Assembly (NCBI GenBank): GCA_965199495.1
Contig: CBDASK010000003.1
Coordinates: 2,176,001 to 2,240,000 of the forward strand
Direction: 5' to 3'
Length of the DNA: 64,000 bases
Origin: Abditibacterium sp.
GTDB lineage: Bacteria > Armatimonadota > Abditibacteriia > Abditibacteriales > Abditibacteriaceae
This document shows positions 10,646 to 19,629 of this stretch, piece by piece. How positions within the stretch are numbered: the stretch's first letter is position 1; each line of letters starts with the position of its first letter. Position numbers and translations under genes: made by a program. The notes under the pieces are model-generated. The model saw nothing but the letters and a program-made list of their open reading frames with translations, was not told the DNA's origin and searched no databases.

Positions 10646-11095
10646 TTAGCGCAAATCGCTCGGTTTCAATCCCAAAACATTGAGCGGCACGTCGGGATGT
10701 TTGTGTGCCCAGTCTATTTCGATGACATCGCCATGATAAGCCCATTCGACGACGTGCCATTTGCCGTTGACCAAATGCAACAGCGCCGAAAAATCCAGCT
10801 GCATTTCGGTTTCCATCGGGCGACCTTTGGAATCCACTACTTCACAGCTTAAATGCGCCCAACCGCCGCCCACGCGAAAATCGCGAACATCGGTGAAAGT
10901 CGGGCGCCTGCCGTGATACGATTTTTGCACCGGCACGCGCAAAGCGTTCATAATCGCGCTGCGTTCGACGCTCCCCGGCTTAGGCGTATGAACCGCGACA
11001 TTCGCGGGCCGCGCATAGGCAATTTGCGCCGTAAAAAGCGCAGGCGCCGATGCAGCCACGCCCAACAAAACCAGCGAAAGTTTGAGTTGTTTCAT
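10646..11095 (-). CDS. Secreted hypothetical protein
   Basis: Signal peptide; GGAGG SD upstream. Confidence 0.75.
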   Translation of the reverse strand: MKQLKLSLVLLGVAASAPALFTAQIAYARPANVAVHTPKPGSVERSAIMNALRVPVQKSYHGRRPTFTDVRDFRVGGGWAHLSCEVVDSKGRPMETEMQLDFSALLHLVNGKWHVVEWAYHGDVIEIDWAHKHPDVPLNVLGLKPSDLR

Positions 11096-11148
11096 GATGC
11101 TTCCTCCGCAAAAGTAACGCTTATTTCGTCCGAGAGTTCAACGGCAAT

Positions 11149-11543
11149 TCATTTCGGCAAGGCCGAATTTGATTCTACGCGGCGCCGTTTTATCAACATT
11201 CGTCGCGCCCAGCGCACAATTTCGTAAATCAGCGCGAAGAGCGCGTAATAAATCAAGGCATAGAAGCCGCCGAATAAAACGCCGAACACGCGCGCCGCGC
11301 CGTCCGATGTGCAGTTTTCGATAATGTTTTGCGGCGCGTTATCGCCGTAAGCGTTCATCGTTTCGCACGCGTCTTCAAACGAGAAATAGATGGCGATGTT
11401 GACCAAAATATAACCCAGAAAAGCGACAATCCCAAAAGCCAAAATCCCCGTGAACCAGCGCGGCCCGAAAGCGCGCAATAGCAACATCGCAAGGGGCAAA
11501 AACCCAGCGCGGTGAGCGCGGCGGCGAAATAAATTTGTGTCAT
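11149..11543 (-). pseudogene. Small membrane protein with a frameshift in a T5 run (about 11498-11502)
   Basis: MTQIYFAAALTALGF (frame of ORF 11355..11579) joins LPLAMLLLRAFGPRW (frame of ORF 11149..11646) if one T is added. Confidence 0.55.
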
Positions 11544-11642
11544 GTTCGCGCGCAGTGTGCAGCCACGGCGCGCGCTCATCCAACACTTGAGTGCGCGAAT
11601 AACGGCACGCGCTATCGAATTGACATGGTTTACTCGAAAAAA

Positions 11643-12273
11643 TCACAACGCGCGCAATCGAACGATTTCGACCTGAATTTGCGCCACAACTTCGGCGTTA
11701 GCGATAGTTTTCTGCGCGCCTTCTTTGACCGAGACAACGGAAAACCGCGCCCCCAAACTTTTTCTCGAACTTCGCGTGTGACGTGGCTTGCACATCGCGC
11801 CATTTGTAAAACTCGCTGGCGTTATAAAACGACATCGGCTTAATCTGCAAACCGATGAAAAATTCGCCGACTGGAATCGCGAAATCCACGTTATAACGCC
11901 TGTCCCACAAGTCGGGCGCAACTTCGATTGGCGCATCCAACAGCTTTTGCAGTTGGCTATAAATTGTAGTTTTCTCCGTCAGGTATCCGGCGAAAGTGCG
12001 ATCAATTACGAGGTTGCGAATGTAATTGATGCAATCATCTTCGGTGATGGATTCGACTTCGGTTTGCACCACCTCGGTGACTTTCATATAAAGTTTTTTG
12101 CCCAGTTCTTCCAGGTGTTCGGGTGGATAAACCGAGGCGAAGTAATAGTTTTGCCAATCTTCCAAAGTTTGCGGCTCGCACTTGCGAATCTCTTCCGCCA
12201 CGGCGCCTACGCTGCGTTTGAAGTTGAACTGAAACCGCCTGGTCGCGGCGTTGAGAATCCATTCTTTAGACAT
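11643..12273 (-). CDS. MjaI-family type II restriction endonuclease, C-terminal frameshift near 11740
   Basis: WDRRYNVDFAI...GLQIKP PD-(D/E)xK-like core; lies downstream of and overlaps the MTase. The natural-looking tail VVSVKEG...IVRLRAL* is in another frame ending at 11643. Confidence 0.75.
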
Positions 12274-13543
12274 GATTTGACTCCTGTTGATAAGTGCAAA
12301 AGCGCTTCAAATGACGATGCTCGATTGTTTCATCTACTTTACATAATCCCTGTTTAATTAGTTTCGCATTGATAAAAGTTTTGTTCGCCAGATAAACGTA
12401 GGCTCCCGTTGTTGTCTGAGAATCGAATTTGAGAAAAATGGGATTGCCCAAAACCATTTTTTCCAGATAATCGAGCGCCTCGTCTGCTTTGGTTTCGAGC
12501 GGTTCAATACCCAACAATTGAATTTCGCTGCCGTCGATGAGGCGCAGACGATTGGGCGACAAAATTTGGCGCACTCGCACGCCTTTGGGGTTCTTCTCGT
12601 CCTCGGCTTCGACGATGGATCCAAAGCGGTTAATCTTGGAATCGGCGACGCGCTGCAAAGAGTTGGAGTTTTCCGCGATTATAGAATTATCTGTCGAGTT
12701 AGAAAACGCAAATTCGGAGGTCATGAATTCGACTTCCTGTTCGGCGAATAAAACTGGTTCGTCAATGCCCAGACGTTTGCGAATCGCGGGTTCAAATGCC
12801 GGGTTGATCTCGTAACCGATGCCGGTGCGGCTCAAATCCATCGCGGCTCTGATTGTCGTGCCGCTTCCGGCGAACGGGTCTAAGACGGTTTCTCCGGCGA
12901 ACGAGAACATTTTTATCAAACGGCGCGGAAGTTCGTGGGGGAACATGGCGATATGGCCGTCGCCTTGTTTTTCTCCAACGAAATTCCAGTGTCCGCTAAA
13001 ATATTGATTCCATTCTTCGGTTGTCATGGCGCTTTGAACTTTTTGTTCGGGCGTGACTTTCGGTTGTTTGCCCAACTTTTTGAAGAGCAAAATGAACTCG
13101 TAATCAATCTTCAATATGCCGTTGCGCGGATGAGGAAACGAACCCATGACCGCGCCGCCGCCCGACGTGTTCATCGTCGTGGCTTTTTGCCAAATGACGG
13201 CGCCCATATAATCGAAACCGATTTGCTCGCAACCATTGACGATGCGCTCGCGAATCGGAATGACTTTATATCGCCCATAATGCGCCGCGCGCGCGAACTG
13301 ATCGCCGATGTTCACGCACAAACGACAGCCTGGACTCAAAACGCGATAACACTCGGCCCAAACCTGATTCAAGTTAGTGATGTATTCTTCATAGGAATCG
13401 TGAAAACCGATCTGCTCGGCGGTGCCGTAATCTTTGAGTTGCCAGTAAGGCGGCGAAGTCACGACCAATTGCACGCCGCCGGGCGCGAGTTCGCCCATTT
13501 GTCGCGCGTCGCCAAAAATAATGCGATGTTTGGATGCGTTCAT
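12266..13543 (-). CDS. Beta-class N4/N6 DNA methyltransferase with C-terminal SNase/thermonuclease-like domain
   Basis: TSPPY (motif IV) precedes DPFAGSGT (motif I). C-terminus ...IQLLGIEP...AYVYLANKTFINAKLIKQGL resembles the SNase fold. Confidence 0.88.
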   Translation of the reverse strand: MNASKHRIIFGDARQMGELAPGGVQLVVTSPPYWQLKDYGTAEQIGFHDSYEEYITNLNQVWAECYRVLSPGCRLCVNIGDQFARAAHYGRYKVIPIRERIVNGCEQIGFDYMGAVIWQKATTMNTSGGGAVMGSFPHPRNGILKIDYEFILLFKKLGKQPKVTPEQKVQSAMTTEEWNQYFSGHWNFVGEKQGDGHIAMFPHELPRRLIKMFSFAGETVLDPFAGSGTTIRAAMDLSRTGIGYEINPAFEPAIRKRLGIDEPVLFAEQEVEFMTSEFAFSNSTDNSIIAENSNSLQRVADSKINRFGSIVEAEDEKNPKGVRVRQILSPNRLRLIDGSEIQLLGIEPLETKADEALDYLEKMVLGNPIFLKFDSQTTTGAYVYLANKTFINAKLIKQGLCKVDETIEHRHLKRFCTYQQESNHV

Positions 13544-13548
13544 GAAAA

Positions 13549-16266
13549 TTACCCGCGCGCCAGCTTCTGCAACTGCTCCAACTTAATCATCGCTTGAACT
13601 GGCGTCATTTCCGAGATTTCGAGCGACTTTAATTCGGCCACAACCGGGTTTTCGGGCGCGGGTTCGCTAAACAAATCGCCGTTAACCGGCGCGCGCGGGG
13701 CTTCGACGTGGCTGGTGTCGGGCGACTGGCCGCGCAGCTTTTCTTGCGAGAAACTTTCGAGCAATTCGCGCGCGCGACTGACGACCGACGCGGGCAAACC
13801 GGCCAATCGTGCGACTTGAATTCCGAAACTGCGGTCGGTGCCGCCGCGAATGATGCGGCGCAAAAAGATGATGTGATCGCCGTCTTCTTTGACGGCGATG
13901 CGATAGTTTTTGACGCGCGGCAAGCGTTCTTCGAGTTCGTTGAGATGATGATAATGCGTGGCGAACAGAGTTTTTGGCCCCAATTCGTGCAGAAATTCGG
14001 CGACGGCCCACGCGATGGACAAGCCGTCGTAAGTCGAAGTGCCGCGCCCAACTTCGTCCAAAATCACCAGACTGCGCGGCGTGGCGTTGTTGAGAATGTT
14101 GGCGGTTTCGTTCATCTCGACGGTGAAAGTCGATTGGCCGGTCGCCAAGTCGTCTTGCGCGCCGACGCGCGTAAAGATGCGATCAACGAGTCCGATTTTG
14201 GCTTCCCGCGCGGGCACGAAACTGCCGATTTGCGCCATCAACGTAATCAACGCGACCTGGCGCAAAAACGTGGATTTGCCCGACGCGTTGGGGCCGGTGA
14301 TGATGATTTCTTGCTGCGATTCGCAGTCTAAAACCGCGTCGTTGGGCACGAACGGTTCGGTCGTGTGCGCCTCGACAATCGGATGGCGACCAGAGCGAAT
14401 ATCCAAAATCGGCTCTTCTTCGATAATCGGGCGCACGTAATCGCGGCGCGAGGCAACTTCGGAAAGCGAGGCGTAAACGTCCAAATGCGCCAGAGCGCGC
14501 GCGGTATCGAGTAAAGCGCTCGAATGGCCGACGACTTGATTGCGCACGTTCTCGAATAAGCGCCGCTCCAAATCTTTGATTTTGTCTTCGGCGCCTAAAA
14601 TCAGTTCCTCTTTTTCCTTGAGTTCGCTCGTGTAAAATCGCTCGCCGTTGGCGGTCGTTTGCTTGCGCGTATATTCGGGCGGGACTTTCGACAAGTTGAT
14701 TTTGGTGACTTCGATAAAGTAACCGAAAACGTTGTTGAAACTGACTTTCAAACTGGAAATGCCGGTTCTGGCGCGCTCGGTTTCTTCCAAAGCCGCCATC
14801 CAGTTTTTGCCTTCGCGCGACGCGACGCGTAACTCGTCCAAACCTGCGTCGTAGCCCGCTTTGATTAATCCGCCGTCGGTCAAAATCGCAGGCGGATCGT
14901 CGGCCAAAGCGCGTTCGAGCAATTCCAATAAGTCGGGCGCCGGGTCGAGATGTTGGTCTACATTGACGAGGGCGCCCGCTTTGGCTTCGGTTAAGGCGAC
15001 TTTGAGCGCGGGCAAAGTCAGCAAGGCGTCTTTGAGCGAAACCAGATCGCGCGCGTTGCCGGTTCCCGAAACGCAGCGCGCCACCAACCGTTCGATGTCG
15101 CCGACGCTTTTGAGCAAACCCCGGCAATCGCGGCGCAAAAGCAAGTTGTCGCGCAGTTCAGCCACGGCGTCGAGGCGGCGCTCGATGCGTTCTTTGGACA
15201 AGAGTGGTTGCAGAATCCATTTGCGCAGTAATCTGGCTCCGGCGCCCGTCCGCGTTTCATCGAGTAGTTCGAGCAAAGTGCCTTTGGATGAGCCGTCGCG
15301 CATAGATTGCGCGAGTTCCAAATTGCGCCGTGTCGCGTTGTCCAAAATCATCCAGCCATCGGTCGCCAAAAGCGTGATGCGGCGAATGTGGCCCAATGCC
15401 GACAAATGCGATTCTTTGAGATAATCGAGCGCCAACGACGCGGCTTCTTGCGCCAAATGTTGTTCTTCGATGCCGAACCCTCGTAGCGACATCGTTTTGA
15501 AATGGCGCAGTAATTTATCGTGTGGCGCGTCAAATCCGGTAGCGTCGAACGCCGTTGTGCGCAGATGCAAATTCTCCAGCATTTCCATGAAACCGGGACA
15601 TTCGCGCAACTTTTGCGGCACCAGAACTTCCGAGGGCGTGAAGCGCAACAGTTCCTCGCGCAACTTGGAAAAACGCGCCGAGCTTTCGGCGTTTTCGGGC
15701 GTGACATCGGTGCCGCTCACTGCTTCGTCGTCGGTTTCGCACGGTTCATCGGTTCCGGCGACGCCTTCGATTTCGCCGGACAAAAATTCGCCGGTCGAAA
15801 CATCAATCAGAGCCAAACCAAAGCGCGTCATTTTGGCGTTGCAGCCCAGCGCCGCCAGATAGTTGTTGCCCGTGGCTGCTCCGACGCCGGTTAAAAACGC
15901 GTCTTCCATGACGGTGCCCGGCGACAAAACGCGCACGACTTCGCGCTTGACCAGACCGCGCGCATATTTGGCGTCTTCCATCTGCTCGCACACAGCCACG
16001 CGGAAGCCGCGCGAAAGCAAAGTCGCGAGATGACGTTCGACGGCGTGGTATGGCACGCCGCAGAGTGGAATTGGGATTTGTCCCTCTTTTTTGCCGCGTG
16101 CTGTGAGAGTGAGGCCGCATTCTTTGGAGACGATTTCGGCATCGTCGTTGAATAGCTCATAAAAATCGCCCATGCGGAATAATAAAAGCGTGTCGGGATA
16201 TTGAGATTTGGTGCGTTCCCATTGGCGCATAGATGGCGTGAGTTTGTCTTTGGTTTCGACGGGCAT
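13549..16266 (-). CDS. mutS: DNA mismatch repair protein MutS
   Basis: FRMGDFYELF, TGPNASGKST, DEVGRGTS and ATHYH motifs; probable start MPVETK at 16266. Confidence 0.98.
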   Translation of the reverse strand: MPVETKDKLTPSMRQWERTKSQYPDTLLLFRMGDFYELFNDDAEIVSKECGLTLTARGKKEGQIPIPLCGVPYHAVERHLATLLSRGFRVAVCEQMEDAKYARGLVKREVVRVLSPGTVMEDAFLTGVGAATGNNYLAALGCNAKMTRFGLALIDVSTGEFLSGEIEGVAGTDEPCETDDEAVSGTDVTPENAESSARFSKLREELLRFTPSEVLVPQKLRECPGFMEMLENLHLRTTAFDATGFDAPHDKLLRHFKTMSLRGFGIEEQHLAQEAASLALDYLKESHLSALGHIRRITLLATDGWMILDNATRRNLELAQSMRDGSSKGTLLELLDETRTGAGARLLRKWILQPLLSKERIERRLDAVAELRDNLLLRRDCRGLLKSVGDIERLVARCVSGTGNARDLVSLKDALLTLPALKVALTEAKAGALVNVDQHLDPAPDLLELLERALADDPPAILTDGGLIKAGYDAGLDELRVASREGKNWMAALEETERARTGISSLKVSFNNVFGYFIEVTKINLSKVPPEYTRKQTTANGERFYTSELKEKEELILGAEDKIKDLERRLFENVRNQVVGHSSALLDTARALAHLDVYASLSEVASRRDYVRPIIEEEPILDIRSGRHPIVEAHTTEPFVPNDAVLDCESQQEIIITGPNASGKSTFLRQVALITLMAQIGSFVPAREAKIGLVDRIFTRVGAQDDLATGQSTFTVEMNETANILNNATPRSLVILDEVGRGTSTYDGLSIAWAVAEFLHELGPKTLFATHYHHLNELEERLPRVKNYRIAVKEDGDHIIFLRRIIRGGTDRSFGIQVARLAGLPASVVSRARELLESFSQEKLRGQSPDTSHVEAPRAPVNGDLFSEPAPENPVVAELKSLEISEMTPVQAMIKLEQLQKLARG

Positions 16267-16310
16267 AATTGTGGGGTTGAGTTTAGCGCGCGTAGGTTTT
16301 GCCTGTGTTC

Positions 16311-16453
16311 CGTAGGTTTCACCTACGGCAGAGGGCTTTGCGCCGGACGTGCTTCGCACTTAATGCAAAAATTTTCAAACCCTCGACTCATCTTTCTATT
16401 CAGTGCGAAGCACGTCCGGCGCAACGCGACTTCTGCCGTAGGTGAAACCTACG
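16311..16453. repeat. Paired inverted element, CGTAGGTTTCACCTACGG family
   Basis: CGTAGGTTTCACCTACGGCAGA...GCGCCGGACGTGCTTCGCACT / AGTGCGAAGCACGTCCGGCGC...TCTGCCGTAGGTGAAACCTACG. Confidence 0.85.
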
Positions 16454-16537
16454 ATTGACAATCAAAATATTCCCATTAACAACGCGTGCCCTTTCCGAAA
16501 CCAAAACGCCGCAAAAAGTCGCTATAATTAAAGCGAA

Positions 16538-18961
16538 ATGAACATTGCTTTTGGAGCGCCCGGCATCGAGCCGCGCTGGACAAATGGCGCCAAAGAAGGC
16601 GTCGGAACCGCTTACGCCGCCTCGTGCCGCGTGTGGTTTACCCTGTGGCGCGGCGTTTTGACCGAAGTCTATTATCCCACCGTTGACCTGCCGCAAATCC
16701 GCGATTTGCAGTTTTTGATTACCGACGAACGCAACTTTCTCCACGAAGAAAAGCGCGATTTGGAAGTTTCAATCGAGCGCATCGAACCAAGTCTGGGTTA
16801 TCGCATTATCAATTCCGACCCGCAGGGCCGCTATCGGTTGGTCAAAGAGATCATCACCGAGCCGCATCTGCCCGCCGTTTTGATGCGCGTGCGTTTGGAA
16901 TGCGACGACGCCAAATTAATGAGTCGCCTGAAGATTTATGCTCTGTGCGCGCCGCATCTCAACGGCGGCGGCATGGAGAACAATGCAGCCACGGCGACTG
17001 TGGCGGGCAAAAAAGTCTTGGTCGCGCACCGCGATGGCGGCGAATTGACATCGGAAACCGTGTGGATGGCGATGGCGCCCGATTGCGAGTGGGGCAAAAC
17101 TTCGGTCGGCTACGTCGGCCAGAGTGACGGCTGGACGGATTTGGATTCGGATTACTCGATGGACTGGGAGTTTGATTCAGCGCCCAACGGTAATCTGGCT
17201 TTGACGGGCGAAGTTTTGGCGCCGCTCGTAGATGGCGCGCGCGAGTTCACGTTGTCGCTGGCGTTTGGCGACGGACGCCACGCGGCTTTGACGACATTGC
17301 TGCAATCGCTGAGTGTGCCGTTTGCCGAGCAACGCGCAAAATTCGTGGCGCAGTGGGCGCGCCCGCAACGGCGCTTGCAGAATTTGGACGATCAATCGGG
17401 CGACGGCGGCAAATTGTTGCGCACTTCGTTCAACGTGCTTTTGGCGCACGAAGATAAGCGTTATCCGGGCGCTTTGATCGCTTCGATGTCGATTCCGTGG
17501 GGCGAGGCCAAGGGCGACGAAGACACCGGTGGCTATCATTTGGTGTGGCCGCGCGACATGGTCAATTCGGCGACCGGTTTGATGGCAGCGGGGCAATCGG
17601 AAACCGCTTACCGTGCCTTAATTTATCTGGCGGCGTCGCAAAGTCCCAACGGTTCGTTCGCGCAAAACTTCTGGATTAACGGCACGCCCTATTTTCGTTC
17701 TTTGCAGTTGGACGAAGTCGCGTTTCCGATTTTGCTGGCGCGCCAGCTTCAGCGCGCCGATTCGCTGGGCGGCTTCGATCCGACCTATTTGGTGACGCGC
17801 GCGGCGCGTTTTTTGGCGTTGAATGGCCCAGTCACGCAGCAAGAACGCTGGGAAGAGGCGAGCGGACTTTCGCCTTCGACGCTGGCTTCGGTTATCGCTT
17901 CGCTGACGGCGGCGGCGGCGTTTCTGCGCGATACCAACGATCCCGATTCGGCCTTAGTTTTGGAAGATTACGCCGATTGGATGGAAGGCAATTTGGACGC
18001 TTGGTGCGCCACGACAACCGGCGAATTGGTCGAGGGCGAACCGCATCATTACGTGCGTATTAATCCGCTCCAAGTTGGCGCGCCGCTCCCGATGCAGCCA
18101 CCGGGCGACGAAACCTATGAACTGACTTCGCAGGAACCCGGTGCGCCGCGCCTTCGCAAAGCGCGCGAGGTGTTCGACGGTGGATTTTTGGAACTGGTGC
18201 GCTACGGAATTCGGCGCGCCGACGATCCGCTCGTTTTGGCGAGCGTGCGCGTGATGGACCAAGTTCTGCGCGTCGAAACGCCGCGTGGCGTCTGCTTTTT
18301 GCGCTATAACGGCGACGGCTATGGCCAACGCGACGATGGCACCGCCTATCACGATCACTGGGGCGTCGGGCGCGCGTGGCCGCTCTTGGGCGGCGAACGC
18401 GGCCACTATGAAATCGCGTTGGGCGCCGAAAACGGCGGCGATCCGCAACCGTATATTTGGTCGCTCGAAGGCTTCGCGTCCAAAACGCATTTGTTGCCCG
18501 AACAGATTTGGACGGAAGAATCGCTGCCCGAAATGCACCTCGAAACGGGCCGCGCGACCGGTTCGGCGCGCCCACTCGCGTGGGCGCACGCCGAATATAT
18601 CAAGTTGCTGCACTCGCGGCGCGAGGGCGCGATTTTCGATTGCGTGCCCTCGGCCAGCGAGCGTTACGTTTCGGGCGCCATCGCGCCGCGCCGCGATTTG
18701 ACGATGTGGGGCCATAACTTTCCCGCGCAAACCGTCGAAGCGGGCACAACGCTGCGATTGATTGGCGGCGATCCGTTTCGCGTGCGCTGGACGAGCGATG
18801 GTTGGAAGAACAAGCGCGATTTCAAGGCGATTGAATTGAAAATGGGCTTGTTTTACGCCGACATTGTGGTGCCCAAAGGCGCCACCAAGTTGGAGTGGAC
18901 GTTCTTTTATACCGAAGCGCTCAAGTGGGACGGCGAGAATTTCGAGATTGACGTCGTTTAG
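16538..18961 (+). CDS. Glucoamylase / glucan 1,4-alpha-glucosidase (GH15)
   Basis: GYHLVWPRD, QLDE, QERWEE, LLPEQIW and PLAWAHAEY motifs. Confidence 0.93.
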   Translation: MNIAFGAPGIEPRWTNGAKEGVGTAYAASCRVWFTLWRGVLTEVYYPTVDLPQIRDLQFLITDERNFLHEEKRDLEVSIERIEPSLGYRIINSDPQGRYRLVKEIITEPHLPAVLMRVRLECDDAKLMSRLKIYALCAPHLNGGGMENNAATATVAGKKVLVAHRDGGELTSETVWMAMAPDCEWGKTSVGYVGQSDGWTDLDSDYSMDWEFDSAPNGNLALTGEVLAPLVDGAREFTLSLAFGDGRHAALTTLLQSLSVPFAEQRAKFVAQWARPQRRLQNLDDQSGDGGKLLRTSFNVLLAHEDKRYPGALIASMSIPWGEAKGDEDTGGYHLVWPRDMVNSATGLMAAGQSETAYRALIYLAASQSPNGSFAQNFWINGTPYFRSLQLDEVAFPILLARQLQRADSLGGFDPTYLVTRAARFLALNGPVTQQERWEEASGLSPSTLASVIASLTAAAAFLRDTNDPDSALVLEDYADWMEGNLDAWCATTTGELVEGEPHHYVRINPLQVGAPLPMQPPGDETYELTSQEPGAPRLRKAREVFDGGFLELVRYGIRRADDPLVLASVRVMDQVLRVETPRGVCFLRYNGDGYGQRDDGTAYHDHWGVGRAWPLLGGERGHYEIALGAENGGDPQPYIWSLEGFASKTHLLPEQIWTEESLPEMHLETGRATGSARPLAWAHAEYIKLLHSRREGAIFDCVPSASERYVSGAIAPRRDLTMWGHNFPAQTVEAGTTLRLIGGDPFRVRWTSDGWKNKRDFKAIELKMGLFYADIVVPKGATKLEWTFFYTEALKWDGENFEIDVV

Positions 18962-19009
18962 GTATGAACTGTTGGGGGCAGCACCTTTTTCCGATGTTAG
19001 GAATTGCCG

Positions 19010-19504
19010 TTAGTCAAAACTCCGAGAAACATAATAGGTGTTGCCCTTCAACTTCTTTTCAAGAATAATTTCAGTTTGTCTCTGCGCTGGCGGGACGCGA
19101 AATTGCGGCGGAGTTGAAGGGACACTCCAAGCGCCGGGAGCGAAGAGGTTGACAGCATTATATTTCTGCTCGTACTCATCCTTGTGCATATCGGCTGGAG
19201 TTAAAGGACGATTGGACAGCAAGTAACCCTTCAAATTGGAACCTTTGCCTCGCCATATAGAAAAAAGCACCAGCAATAATTTTCCTCTTCGAGTGACATA
19301 AATCTTGCCATCAGAAGTCGCAGACGCCAAATTGGTCGGAAGAGTAACAACTCCTGCGGAATCTGGCTTTAATTTTCGATTCGCTACTGAGGAATAGATG
19401 CGCTCAAATTGCGCCTGTGTGGGTTTAGCCTGACCGTAATTAAAACAGCACGCCAACACAATTCCCATCAGTGAAGCGGCTGCGATGTTTTGAAACTTAT
19501 TCAT
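19010..19504 (-). CDS. Secreted hypothetical protein, AT-rich
   Basis: Signal peptide MNKFQNIAAASLMGIVLACCF; atypical codon usage. Confidence 0.65.
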   Translation of the reverse strand: MNKFQNIAAASLMGIVLACCFNYGQAKPTQAQFERIYSSVANRKLKPDSAGVVTLPTNLASATSDGKIYVTRRGKLLLVLFSIWRGKGSNLKGYLLSNRPLTPADMHKDEYEQKYNAVNLFAPGAWSVPSTPPQFRVPPAQRQTEIILEKKLKGNTYYVSRSFD

Positions 19505-19629
19505 GTCATTCTTCTTGGAGTATGGCACATTTAGCTAAGTCACACTTTGCGAAAAACAACAAAATGAGAGCAGTAATATCAACGCTTTTCGCTTTGCGAT
19601 TTCCCCTCCATCTTGTCCCATACTTCGTC

